A DNA stretch of 64,000 nucleotides from NCBI GenBank assembly GCA_040954595.2, contig CM082576.2, forward strand, positions 17,469,028-17,533,027. Reading direction: 5' to 3'. The stretch is from Balanoglossus misakiensis. Taxonomy: Eukaryota > Animalia > Hemichordata. Below the pieces are notes generated by a model that did not search any database, was not told where the DNA came from, and was given only the letters and a program-made list of their open reading frames with translations. The position numbers and the translations under genes were made by a program. Of this stretch, positions 1-12,377 are shown piece by piece; position 1 is the stretch's first letter, and each line of letters starts with the position of its first letter.

Positions 1-373
1 GGAGAGATTGGAACCCTATATGCTGGCTGAGCCCAAAGGATCATGGAAGGAATGGGTAAGCTTCTTCATCAGTTTTCTTTCTTTGCTTTTGATCAAAGTA
101 CAGACATTTGAAGAGGTCTTATTATGAGAGAAAACTTATGGATATTTAGAATTTGAAAACAGATAACCCACTTGTAGTAAAATGCATTTAGAGAGGGACT
201 TAACTGTAATGCTTTTCTGAATAAAGCTTGATATTATATCAAAAAGGCAGTGGGATTAGATATTCTCTCATGGGAAGTGTTCAGAACGAATTGTGCTGTT
301 ACTCTGCTTCATAAACTATTTCAACATATTTCCACTTTGGCTATATAATAATAATGTTTTATTTACCCAAGTA

Positions 374-700
374 TTAAGGGGAACATGATGAGTAGCGAAA
401 TACATATGGTGGGTAAATATAAATACTGCAGTCAAGATCGTCTTTCTCAGATTCCAGCTTTTTGAGTCTTTCGTTCAATTCTTGATTCTCCTTCGTTAAT
501 TTCGTGTTGTTATTTTCAAGTAGAGTTATCTGGGTTTTGAACTGTTCAAACATTGAGTTCATAACGTTGACGGAGACTTTTTTACCTCTTCTGTATTTTC
601 TTCGACATGCTGGATTGTTACAGACATATTTTCTAGTTTCTGCAGTCTTGTGCTGATTTGGCTCAGTTGAGCAAATATGTCCGAGGATGTCACAGTGTGT
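374..700 (-). pseudogene. Degraded LINE ORF1-like coiled-coil fragment
   Basis: ORF 374-562 (EQFKTQITLLENNNTKLTKENQELNERLKKLESEKDDLD) is a heptad coiled coil of the kind found in non-LTR ORF1 proteins; frames broken on both sides. Confidence 0.4.
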
Positions 701-1074
701 GGGAGGTCTGGTAACGGACGTGATGCTTCACCTACAGTATCCGTTGCAACAGGTGGCGCAGTGTTCTGCGCGGTCGCATAATATTAGTTGTACCACTTAA
801 CTTGCTGGTGATCTTCTAGAGTCGGAAACCGCTTCTTCCTACAACATATAAACAGCATCAGGTCTCCTTGACACAGCTTTACGCCCCTGATGACATTACA
901 GTCCTCACACCTTGGTTTAGACATATAGTTATAGTCTCACTTGCAGAGAAAATGTAAACTTAAATTTGGCTGGAGCCGATGTGAACGCATTGTCTCATCG
1001 GAAGCGCCCTCAACTGTGTATATGGAGGAAAGCCTTAACCTAGTCCAAAAAATGCTCATAGTTACCCATGTACA

Positions 1075-1175
1075 TGTATGCCACTGAATTATACAGGAGT
1101 CAGTCTGCCTTCCATAGTGAGTGAACTTTATTCAAGTATTCTTAATAATAGATTGGTTGCATTTCTGGAAAAGCT
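1075..1175 (+). pseudogene. Non-LTR retrotransposon reverse transcriptase fragment
   Basis: PLNYTGVSLPSIVSELYSSILNNRLVAFLE resembles the LINE RT motif NYRGISLLSxxxKLYxxILNxRL. Confidence 0.65.
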
Positions 1176-1727
1176 CAAGTCTTGTCAACATTTGCTTCAA
1201 TTTTTTTTTTTAAACAAATTGCTACCGCGTGGTACAAATGGCTTATTTTACAATTCTATGAAGTGTACATGTACAATAATGACTTTTCCTGTGTTGATAT
1301 TAATTGCACTTTGTCCCATGGTTGAGACTTGAGTACAAATTATGGAGTTAGGCAGGGATATGTTCTTTCTCTAACTTTGTTTTCAATTAACTTGTTATGT
1401 GAAAGTTGGAATTTATAAAGGTCTACACATCAGGATACCAGTGGGAGATCAGGCAATTGGTGTCCTTTTATGATAGACCGGGCGAGGGGGGGGGGGGGGG
1501 TTGATTATAGATAAACTTCAAAGAGTAATCCCAACACTCTCCCTACCCTATGGTGTCAAACTTCAAAGGTGGAGTATGGTCATTAATGATACTAAACACA
1601 AATTATGTATTTCAGAGGTAAGGATTGTGACAAAACCAAGTTTGTTTTTCGGTATAACAAAAGAATATTAGACATTGTTTAAATATACCTTGGGGTTGTA
1701 TTAGGTGAATTTTTAAACTTGGATATA

Positions 1728-3130
1728 CTGTGAACCTGGAAATTTTTTGCGCATTCTTATTTTCGCGCAATTATGCGCTGGATCGTAAATGCAAATTTAA
1801 GACCGCGCATATGTTTTCAATGTCCCCAAATGTGGCACATGATACGTTGTACCTGCTTCCTTGTTTACACTTCACTATACACGCTCACATACAACACGCA
1901 CATACATACTCTGACGCTGTCAAAATAAAGTATTTTCAGCTATTTTGACAAAGGACTCTATTTTATTTAATACTGTATTCTTGTATTTTAATAAATTATT
2001 TGAATACTAGTAGTAAAGTTACTTGGGTGTAAGAGGATAAAAAAGATAAAAAATTAGTTAAATACATCATGATTTCGACTCGGCATCACGGAAACCACCT
2101 AAACACAGCTCAGGATGATTGTGGAGAGAGTTGATGGCATCAACTAACCACTTCGCATGTACTGCTGGCTTGAGCTCCGACAAACTTTGACTTCGGAAAT
2201 CAGAGCATCGTCATCGCTGAGCTGCTGGAGTACTTTGTCAGTGTACCACGACTGGAAACTGCTTCAGAGAATGTCTTTGAACGGCTTGTTGACGGCAAGA
2301 TGGAGTGGCTGCATCTGATCAGTACAGCACGGTGGAACAAACACTGTAGCGATGTTGTTGTCGTGTAGTTTCTTCAGGAGATCTTCGGACCGGTGTGCCT
2401 TGAAAACGTCGAAGATCGCAAGGGCTTTCTGCTGTGCTGGTAAACTGAGTCGTTCACGGGTTGCTGACACGTATGGGATGATTACCTCGTCGACGTAGTG
2501 ATGCATCGTTTCGGTGTTGGACCAGTGGTTGGGTGAGTGGAACACATCCCAGTCAGCTGGAAAGTTGTAGCGAGGATGACACTGGACCGTTTTACCTTGA
2601 TACAGGACTTGTGGTGGTAGAACATGACCAGCAAGGGAAATGGCGAGTAACACTGTGATATGTCTCTTATCGTCTAACCCCGTAATCTGTACTTGTTCAC
2701 TGCCACTGAGATCCATTGTCCAGGCACCCGTTGGGATGATCGAAACGCTGGTCTGATCCCAGTTGATGATGAGGTCATCTGGAATGTTGTGCTCTGTCAC
2801 CGCTCTTTGGATTTTCATCAAGTTCTCTTCTTTCACTGTGTCGAAATCTTGCACCGCCTTCTTCGCTGCTTTCCTGCCTTTTCTCTTAGTGTAGTTCATT
2901 CTCTTCAGGATAGACTCGGCCCATGTTTTTGAAAGTTCGAGGCTACCGCCAAATTCAGCTAATTGCGTGCGATCTTTCTTCATGATGATCACCTTGGCGG
3001 TTGCTATAACGATGGGTGCGTTTACAACGCCACCAGACATACAGAGAGCATGGATCACTTCTTGCACTCTAGAGTTAAGTTCTTGTCCCAGTAGTACAGG
3101 ACGACCTTGTTGTTTTGCTCCCCAGGTAAT
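1728..3130 (-). mobile_element. pogo/Tigger-type (DDE_1) DNA transposon, defective, 5'-truncated
   Basis: ORF 2264-3175 has a CENP-B-like HTH remnant (SKTWAESILKRM) and motifs INWDQT, IFDVFKAH and QPLHLAVN (expected QPLD). The frame continues past the TGA at 2264-2266 (SSFQSWYTDKV..., then HAKWLVDAI after a frameshift). A TA|CTGTGAACC...TTATTTTCGCGC terminus lies at 1726-1770. Confidence 0.85.
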
Positions 3131-3234
3131 GCGACCTATATCTTGAGTTTCCCATAGGGTCTGGTCTAAAATCATATTTGTATGCCCTTATGTGTTTTAG
3201 ACGTAAATAAATGATAAATAAATTAAAAAAAAAC

Positions 3235-3585
3235 GACTTTGCTGCCCTCACACGATCAGCTTCACGATTTGTCATGTTGACAAAAAGTTCCCAAAGTTCA
3301 TGACCCCGGAATAAATTGAAAACCGGCTTGCTCTCTGTATTTATTGTATCTGGTATATTTGTTGGACCAGGGGTTCCAGCTCTAAATTATCATTGTCTGA
3401 AACATTTGTAGCAGCTGAATCATCATCGGTGAAATCGTTGTTTATGCTAGCATGTTCACTTGAAAAATCGCTACCATGGCCATAATTGTTACCTTGCTCG
3501 CTTTCCGAATCTGAACTCAACACATCTTGGAGAACTTGTGCAGTTGTAATATGTCTCTGAGTACTATTTAATTGATTTTGACATG
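3235..3585 (-). pseudogene. Possible piggyBac-like transposase N-terminal fragment
   Basis: Minus-strand pieces RHITTAQVLQDVLSSDSESE (acidic N-terminus), GFQFIPG and ELWELFVNMTNREADRVR resemble the start of piggyBac transposases; no catalytic part present. Confidence 0.4.
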
Positions 3586-6337
3586 TAAAAAGAGAGACTT
3601 TCTCCCTTTAACCAAATTGAGGTCTTCCGGTACTGTCAGCGACACAGAGCTTATCATATTCTTCGCTATCAAATGACGTCAGACGCGCTCAGGCGGCAGT
3701 TACGTTCGCATTCAAATTTCCAGATGACGGGCAACTTCAGCAACGTGGACTTACATGGTGCAGAGAAAACTGTGCAAACGAAATGCAATGAGGCTGATGA
3801 GGCACCATACCTGATACATGTTACGTGTTTGGCGGTTCTAAAGTAAAAACATACTCGGGAAAACTTTTACTGGATGCCGAAATATTGCTTGCCCGTCATC
3901 TGGAAATGACTGCGCCATGGGACACATTGCCAGATCATGTGATTTATAGTAAAGAATAGGCTGATTGCCTATTACCGCATTGTCTGTCCATCTATTAGGA
4001 ATTCTTCTTCTTTCCAGAAACTGCTAGTTCCAGTGATTCAAATTAGCATTGACAAACAGGAAATGCAAATGCAACTGGCTGGAAGTTGCTTTTACAATAT
4101 CAGAGAAATGGCTAAACTAGTATACCTCAGCCTCGTAGTAAACCCCTCTTTTGATAATTCACTGAAGTTGAGAAAAAGCACTTCACATATTGTTTTTGCT
4201 GAACAACACAGATCCCTTCTGTACATGATTTGCATGTAGTCCACCATCTTTTTTTCTCTCTGGCAGACTATATCTGATCACTGGTGATCTCTGTCGAGTT
4301 GTCCATGCCCCTGTAATTGACAAGTCTCAAGACTGTTTCGCTGAAAGAGTGGGTCTAACACCCTGAAGGATCCTCCTGACATCGATGGCATGTTGGTCAG
4401 GATCAGCATTGTGAGCAGTAATGTTGCAACCATTCAGTCTTCTTCTGTAGTTGCCTTTCAAATTTTTGGTTATGCCCGTGGCTGGATCAAACTTGTCTTG
4501 TTGTGTAGCAGAAACTTGGATTTGATGTTGGTCAACATAATGTTCGATTGGTAGGTGGAAAATTAATCAATGAGGAAGACAGATTAGCAACATTTGGAGC
4601 AGTGTTTGTTTTTCTACATCTGCAGCCAAGTTAAGCATGCAAAACGATGGACATCCATGCAGTCGACCGAGTTATCAATTGCTTTCTTCCCATTGCATTG
4701 ATACCTATGTCACTCTTCACTCAATGTCTCCTATCTGGAAGGCCGTGAAAGCACATACAGTCTTGTTTTGTCAGCATTGAAATGGCATAATTTTGCTGAA
4801 AGATACCAAATGTTTGGAATTGACTGATGCTTCCAGTGGTCTGCAGCTGGGAAGTCTGCTTTCTGATATTCTCCTTGCTCTTTTATTCCTGAAGGTCAAT
4901 TGTTGTGGTGAGATGTCCATCAGGTCATCAGCGAGTTCTATAGTTTTCAGCTTCTGTCCATTTAACATACTTGTATAAACCGCAGGAAAAGCTAACTTAG
5001 TGACGTCTTCTTCTTTTCCATTTCTTTGCTTATAATTCCCTGATTTAAAGTGATCAAAGATCTGTTGTTTGCAGCTGGCTTTCACTAACCACGAGACTTG
5101 CGATGTTGAAACACCAGATTTCTTTGTGATTGACTGACACCGATTGCTGACTTGATGTGCTCCAACTAGTCAATTTCATCAGTGAGGGAAAGATTGTTGC
5201 ACTTGCTTGGTATAGCCATGTTCACTTTCACAGAGAAAATTATGAACTGAAGAGAAACATGTGTCATTAACTGTCTGCACAGATTATTTTCAGTGTAACT
5301 TTTTAGCTTCTTTACTAAGTTCAGTTTAGTACTTTTTCTCCATTTGTCATGAATTTTACATGTGCCTTTTGATTTTCCAGATACACTCTGCATATATGGA
5401 TAGAGTCAGTCTTTCATCAACTGGATTTTATAAGTAAGTATGAGACCGGGGTTCCCCACCTCATTTGCTTTGGCCTCTAGAAGACACAGAAGTGTGATTC
5501 AGGCAATTGAAATCAGGAAGGGTTTGTCAGCTCTCAGCAAAAATGAGCAGTTTTGTGTACTAGGCCAGAGTCATTAATGAACTAACATTGGCTCAACCAT
5601 TAGAGATAAAAATCCCTTGAGAGTAAATTAACGGTTGTCCAAAGTCCCATGACTACCAAATTACTGATTTTGGTGGGCTACCAAAGCTTTTGACCCGAAA
5701 CTCAGTCAGTACCTGGTAAATGGACGTAAAATGTCAGTTTCTCTGAGATTACGCTGAAATGAACTGTCCCCAGCCGGACATAAAAATCTACATTACCCCG
5801 ATGATATGCAAATTAAAAAGACAGCAGTTGAATTATTGCAAAACAGTTTGTCATGCTGCATGTCTATCAAAATATGCATATAAAACCCTGATGTGTGAGG
5901 AAGGTCATCAGTAGGTCCGCAAACTTCTGGGTGCTATGATATAACTTTTACCAGTTTCCTTATTTTAAGCCTAAGGTTTGCAGTTATTCATGTCAATTGC
6001 ACACATTTCTGAAGTGCAGGCCAACCCTCACAATTCAAGTACTGGCTGACCTATACTTCAAATATGTGCATGTGATATGCAGTATGCCAAGTGCACATTT
6101 CTGTTTTGATTTTTCCAAAATATTAATTCCCCCAGCAATTTATACCTTAAATTGGTTTGTAGGATAGAAACTATTTTGGGTCTAAACTCCCCAACCCCAA
6201 ACTAAAGCTATTGGCTTTGGCCCTTACTAACATGCTGGGAAATAAAAAAACTGGAGACACAAACTGGTAATTTGACTGCCAAACATTGTTTCCTGGCAAA
6301 TATTTGCAGGTTAATGAAATTCTTTTTCCTTTTTCAG

Positions 6338-6518
6338 AACACCAGATTTAGACTATGATTGGCAGACCAACTCTGGCAATGTTTTCAACTATTTCACTGT
6401 CGGTGTTGGAGCTTCTGAAGTTGAAATTGACTGCCTTACTGGTGATCATCGTGTCTTACAGACTGATATTGTGATGGATCTTGGCGAAAGTCTCAATCCA
6501 GCTATTGACATTGGTCAG
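6338..6518 (+). CDS. XDH: Xanthine dehydrogenase/oxidase, internal coding exon (molybdopterin-binding domain)
   Basis: Polypyrimidine tract + ttttcAG acceptor at 6336-6337; GT donor at 6519. 181 nt, translating (after 1 nt) to [60 protein letters not shown], which contains the XDH motifs [12 protein letters not shown] and [18 protein letters not shown]. Not in the ORF track. Confidence 0.96.
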
Positions 6519-6584
6519 GTAAATGCACAAACTTTTCCTTCATAATATTAGTCATATGGGTGGGTAAGCCTAATTATTCAAGAT

Positions 6585-7156
6585 TATATTATATCATGCT
6601 ACCGTCTGTAATTCTGATTGGACGAGAGCTCAATCCAGTGATGCTAAAATACTCAATAATGCACTGCTGGCAGTGCTAAAACGGGCCCCTGAACTAGCAT
6701 ACAGCAGCAAAAATGTGCGGTTAAACCACAGTCGCGCGTGTTCAAACCAAATAAATAAAACAAAAATACTGTTGAATTAACGGACATTTTATTTTGGAAC
6801 TGCTCTGTGGAAATATTTGTCACTTTGCCACGCGCGATGCCTGTCTTGTCACTTTTTGTCGTCTGCTTCATGTTTAATGCTCGATCCCACCTGCTCGTGT
6901 TTACATTCATCGTCGCCATGTTGGTTTTCGATCGTAATTTCTCTTTCTGACGCCGTTTCGGTAAGAACATGACACTGATATGTCACAAAAACAATTGTTG
7001 ATATAATATAATAGCAATAACCCCCGCCTCAGTCGGGTATACACTCGATTTGGGTACAATTCGCTCCATATAGCACTCGCCTGACGGCTCGTGCTATATG
7101 TCTCGAATTGTACCCAAATCTCGCGTATACCCGCCTGCGGCGGGGGTTATTGCTTA
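6585..7156. mobile_element. Non-autonomous Crypton-like element with subterminal IR and ~140-bp terminal hairpin
   Basis: TATATTATATCA (6585-6596) is the reverse complement of TGATATAATATA (6999-7010); followed by an imperfect palindrome AGCAATAACCCCCGCC...GGCGGGGGTTATTGCT (7013-7154). Same layout as the element at 10.7-12 kb. Confidence 0.55.
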
Positions 7157-7723
7157 ATTCTAGCTGTGGAACTCTGGTTGTTTCTTTCTTTCTTTCTTTC
7201 TTTCTTTTTCTCTCAGAATTCGGGGCTACTTATTCAGAATGCATTGTGATACTTCTATGATGTCATTAGTAGGATAACCAATAAAATAGTTAGGAGAATG
7301 TAATGCATATGCCCAAAGATCAAGATCACCCCTGTTTCAATATAACCTTGCATAGGTCTACAAGTTGTGAATCCTAATTCCGGTGCATCATTGTTCCATG
7401 CATATAAGATAAGCTTGGTAACATCGATCAGTGCTCAGTATTAAAATGAGTGACTATAAATCACTGTCATCATTTAAAGTGATCGCCAAACGGTATTAAA
7501 TGCATTCTTAGACAGTGGAATATTAATAATGGCTGATTATTGTTACAACTTTTTCACCTCACTTCCACCTTTACCATTGAAAACAATGGATTTGGGTCAA
7601 ACCAAGGTGGTGAAAGGGTTAAAAAATTGAGTTGCAAGTTAATGGGATGGGCTCCTTTTAGAGAATGGAATCAAATTATAGTGAAATTTGAATTGTTATA
7701 TTCTGTACAGAATTTTGTCTTAT

Positions 7724-9570
7724 ACAGTGAAACCTGTCATAACACAACTAAGGAGGGACTGAGATATCTGTCTGGTTTGTGCAGTGGTCCAGTTTGGAAA
7801 GGGTGGGCGTGGTCAAATGTTATCCGATATGGCTGAGGGTCACACATCGACCATAAACACATACACGTACGATTCACACACATAGCAACAACAGAACATC
7901 ACACGTCATTTCATATTTGCTACTTTAATGAAATAATACATTTAATTAGTAAATATATCAAAAGTATCCCTTAATGATAGGTAATATTTTCACGGTTTAA
8001 ATATATGTATTTCTGATGCTATTTAAAATGCAGGACAACAAATTTTGCCAAGTGTTGGATCAATTATAAATTTTACTGGAAAAAAATACTGTTATGAACA
8101 TTCTTGTGAAAAAAACATAGTTAAAGCATGGTACAAGAAATGGTAGAAGTACAGTACTTGTAATTGGCAATCTTCTAGTGGATGAGGATACTTCTGTACC
8201 TCTGCATCAATGAGATCCCGATCTTTTGCATCCAAGGCTCGTCGGTGTTTCATCTCCTCTTTGTGCAATTTTTGAGAATGTTGATCTGATGCATTAAAAG
8301 AGTACATGTGATCCACAGAGTCTGATAAATGTACAGTGATTGGAAATGCATCAATCCACTCACACACCAGATCTGCAGATAGTGTCATTCCTTTTAGTGC
8401 TCCTTTCCCAATCCTTATGGCAGTCTGCTCGCCAAACTGGTCAGCAGAGACAGCATTCCAATATCCTTCGTGGTGCCTACAGACAAGGTCTGGCTTAGTC
8501 TCTGTGGCTGGTAGGGCACGCATCTTCAACAGATATTGGGTCAGATATGGAGCATATTGCACATGGCCAGCAAGAAAGAAATACTTCATCATATGTTCCA
8601 TTGTCAGCTGCTTCAAGTTCACGTCGCCTTCTCTCTCTGAACGGTGAAACTGCTGGATAAGGAGTGTTGGAAATATGAAGTTGTCGGCCAGTGGGATGAA
8701 GGCGAGCATTGCGTAGAGACTGCTCTATCTGTTCAAATGTCTTTGGCCCTGTTGATAGGAACTTTTTCAAGAAGTGCTACAGATACACCCCGGAATGCCC
8801 TCATGGCTTTCACCCAGGACTTGCCACTAAAGATGCCTTTCAGGCCCCCATATGCTGCAGCCACATATACTTCCAGTCCTGATCCTTGCATCAGCTTTGC
8901 TATACAGCTTAGGAATGATTGAATGATATGCATGCCTCCAGGATGAACAATTACATTTATTTATAGCTCGGGTCTGTTCCAGCATATCTGATTGGTTACA
9001 ACAAAGAGTTGCATGTCCATAGTGAGATGAATGTGTGTCATTCCCATGTCAACCAGAGATTTCTGCATGTATGTCCATGTGGACTCGACTAAAATGTCAC
9101 TCGTTGCAAAGCCTTCACACAGCATGGGCAGGCGTGTACGGAAATCGTCAACAACCTCATCTGAGACGTCTGCATTTTCAACGTTGATCTTACGTGACCG
9201 GACGTTGTAACGACTTTGCCAACTCTCCAACCAGCCGTTCGATGCCTTGAAGTCTGGGACCTGCAAACTGCTGGCAAAAAATAAAGCTTTCTCTTGCAGC
9301 AAAGGACCAGAAATTGGAATATTTTTTGCCCCACGTCAAACTGTTCCCTAAATGGAACATTGTCTTGTGAAGGCTTTGTCAATGGGCATCAGTGTTGGCT
9401 TCAAATTGCGTTCACACTCATCTTTCTTCTTGACATGGTTGATTTTCTGATGTTGTATTTTTCGTCTAATTTCTTCATTGTCAGTGATGATGACTCGGCC
9501 TCTTTGATTAGTTTAATCTAATCAGAAAGAGTGAGTTCTTTCCTTCTATGCTTCGCTGGTGCGTTAGACA
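7724..9570 (-). mobile_element. Tigger-like transposon remnant with its DDE core replaced by foreign sequence
   Basis: TA|CAGTGAAACCTGTC terminus at 7722-7737; 9090-9560 encodes broken HTH_psq/CENP-B HTH motifs (RRKELTLSD..., GPLLQEKALFFASSLQVPDFKASNGWLESWQSRYNV). Confidence 0.7.
8165..9090 (-). pseudogene. Academ-like transposase fragment, with frameshifts and a stop
   Basis: Successive frames give LTMDMQLF..ICWNRP, PGGMHIIQSFLSCIAKLMQGSGLE, GKSWVKAMRAF, SEREGD..KYFFLAGHVQYA and VSADQFGEQT, the motif order I recognise from Academ-type transposases. Confidence 0.6.
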
Positions 9571-9869
9571 TTGTCGGGTTTGAATAATTTGATGGAGAGC
9601 GAGGCAGCGCTGTGATTCGCAGTGTTGCATCTGGGATCAGAGAGGGGGGGGGTGGCATTTTGGACCATGGTCTTCAATTTTGAAATATGAGACTCAATTC
9701 CGTTAACGGTGGAATTATTGCCATGAGTAAATGCTGAATCCCTTGACAGTTGGATTGGAGTTATGTTCAGCACAGAATGTTACTAGCGCGTTCCAACGGC
9801 GGTTCATTGCTTCAAAAGCGCTATTGAATGAAAAGTGGTTATTTTTGTGAAAAACGTAGTGTTATAGTA

Positions 9870-10210
9870 CAGGAGAATGGCACACTTTTTAATGCTCTGT
9901 TCGATGTATACCGAACTTGGAAACAAGTTTTTGCTAGCATATGTAAATGACCACCAGACTATTGGAAAACTCATTTCACTGTTATCATCAAAGAACCCTG
10001 CTACTTTATTTTATTTATCTGTTTACATTTATAAAGCAATGTTGAGAAGGGATGAAGCTCTAAAATCAGAGCAATAGCTTTTCCTGTGTATGACTTGAAG
10101 TCATTTTGTAATTTTTATTTTCACATGTCCGTATACATCATTTGATTTTGTAAGTTTATGGAAAAGATGGGCGGTGGCCCTGTTTTTGAGAAATAAACAA
10201 GCTAAGCTAT
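9870..10210 (+). mobile_element. 3' end of a LINE (ORF2 C-terminus, 3'UTR and tail)
   Basis: HFLMLCSMYTEL...LSVYIYKAMLRR resembles the HFLLxCxxY C-terminal motif of LINE ORF2; ends in AATAAACAAGCTAAGCTA. Confidence 0.55.
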
Positions 10211-10242
10211 AGTATAATTTATGAAATTTTCATTTCTTCTAG

Positions 10243-10431
10243 ATTGAAGGTGCATTCATGCAAGGATATGGGATGTTAACAATGGAAGATCATCATTGGA
10301 GTCCAAATGGTGTGTTACTAACTCGAGGTCCTGGCACATACAAGATCCCTGGCTTTGGAGATGTTCCAACAGTGTTTAATGTATCTCTTCTGAGTAACTG
10401 TCCAAACAAAAGGGCTATTTACTCATCCAAG
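10243..10431 (+). CDS. XDH: Xanthine dehydrogenase coding exon
   Basis: ttcttctAG acceptor, GTatgg donor; 189 nt; [63 protein letters not shown] continues in frame from IGQ. Confidence 0.96.
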
Positions 10432-10463
10432 GTATGGATTCATTGTTGATAATTCAAAACATA

Positions 10464-10651
10464 CTGTAAAACACTTTATTTTCGCGAGTTGAAATTTTCG
10501 CGATATCGAGGGGCCACTGTTTCGCGAGTATTAATTTTCGCGTTCTCTTATTTCATTCACTGCATAAATCCGCAAAAAAAAAATTACTCAACTTTTTATT
10601 TTCATGCTATTTTGGCTCTCTTAATGTTCGCGAAAATAAAGGGTTTTACAG
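10464..10651. mobile_element. 188-bp Tc1/mariner-pogo-type MITE
   Basis: 24-bp TIR CTGTAAAACACTTTATTTTCGCGA / TCGCGAAAATAAAGGGTTTTACAG (1 mismatch); TA target duplication on both sides. Confidence 0.88.
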
Positions 10652-10711
10652 TATCTTATTTGGCCACACCTGTATCATATTCATTCTCTGTTTTTTTACA
10701 AATAACATGAA

Positions 10712-11967
10712 TTATTATATTCATAGACCCGGTTATTACTAGAGTGTGACGTCACACTATAGTAATAAGAAATCGACAGATTGCATATTACTGTAGTACG
10801 ACGTCACTGCCAGTAATTCTGTCGGAACTACTTTCAGTTTGTAAACAAATAAAAATACTATCCAACGATGTTATTTTGAAGTTTGGGGAAAATGGGGTTA
10901 CAAATAATAAAGCACATGTGAAGTATCGTTTAATGATGTTTTATTAGTTAGCTCGATGTATTGAAACTGTGGCGGGGAAAGTTTGACGACTGTTGTCTGC
11001 GCTTCATAATTTTTGCTCGATCAAATATATCAGCGACAGAGCGGCACATATGATAGCTATGTCGTCGAACGACTATGATGATTTTCTAAAGAGCCAAAGA
11101 AAGCAGAACATTGTAAAATCGACAGTGAAACAACTTAGGAAATTTCTAGAGTTGACAGAAGATGGTTCAGTGACAGGTCTACATGAAATTCCGCCTGAAA
11201 TTCTGGACGTCTACCTGTCAAAATTCTTCATCGCGTCGAGGCAGAGCGCGCGACGGGTCTGGCTACGAGCCGGACACTCTCACATACCAGCGTGGGATCG
11301 ACAGCACGCTCTTTTGCCTTACCGAGCTCAGTCATCCACACCAACTCACGTCTGTCGCAGCATCTCCCTTCCAGCCTACATCATAGGAGGGGGTATCGTA
11401 GCGGCTGCAGCTGCGGGAATGTTTTCTGGGGCCACCATGACCGAGTGTACGATCAACGGGCAGCCATGACCGCGAGTCAGCCAGCACCGCGATCGTGACG
11501 GTGTAAACGTCGAGCCGTAATCGACGATACTAGCGATAGTTCACAGGATTGAGATGTTGACTGTTTGATTTCGTGACTGTTGAATTTGTTGTGAAACAAG
11601 GCATTTTAAAAATAGTTGACAAATACTAATTCGACTTGCACGTATGTCCCGTCTCACACAAAATTTATGAATGAGCTGAATCAGCTGAGCTGAGCCTCTT
11701 CACCATTTTTCTCTATATCCATGCACAGCTTGAAATAATTCAAACCCTTCCGAAACCATTAAAATCAATTTTATTGCAAAATATTAAGACTGCCCGGGTC
11801 TATGAATAAAATAAATACATAATCTCCCAGTATTTCTCACTCGTATTACGTCAGCGAGGGACTCGTGACGCCCCCATAGCTGTCGGCTCGGAGGGATATG
11901 GCCGCTGTAGGGGAGTCACTCGTCCCTCGCTGACGTAATACTCGTTCGAAATACTGGGGGATTATAT
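10712..11967 (+). mobile_element. Internally deleted Crypton-type (tyrosine recombinase, DUF3504-related) element
   Basis: 11059-11310 encodes MSSNDYDDFLKSQRKQN..LHEIPPEILDVYLSKFFIASR / RDGSGYEPDTLTYQRGI, like the region preceding the YR domain in CryptonA-type proteins. 15-bp IR TATTCATAGACCCGG (10718-10732) / 11794-11808; ~145-bp hairpin at 11819-11965. Confidence 0.7.
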
Positions 11968-12377
11968 ATAAGTATTACAGGTGATATTTTACACTAATCG
12001 GTGGTTTTCATGTTTAACGACACCAATTTCACAGACACAGCTATCTGCAGCACATCAGAAAACCTATGCATATGGTGGGTTGAGTTCACACATGTACACA
12101 TTACTACTTGTGTGTATGACTTGAAATAGAGCTCTGTGTGGGCTCATTGCCTGCCCACATTGATCAACATGCGATGTGCATAACAGAAAATATTGATGTA
12201 GGATTTGGGTATTGCAATGCCTGCCATAACTGATAAAAAGCAATTAAAGTATGCCCATAAATATTTGAAATGCATAAAATAACCATACAAATGACTTTAA
12301 CCTTATCTTTTTGTAATAAAAAAAAGTATTTTACTCCCATTCATTAGTTATAAATTGAGCTTACTCTGTCTAATTAA

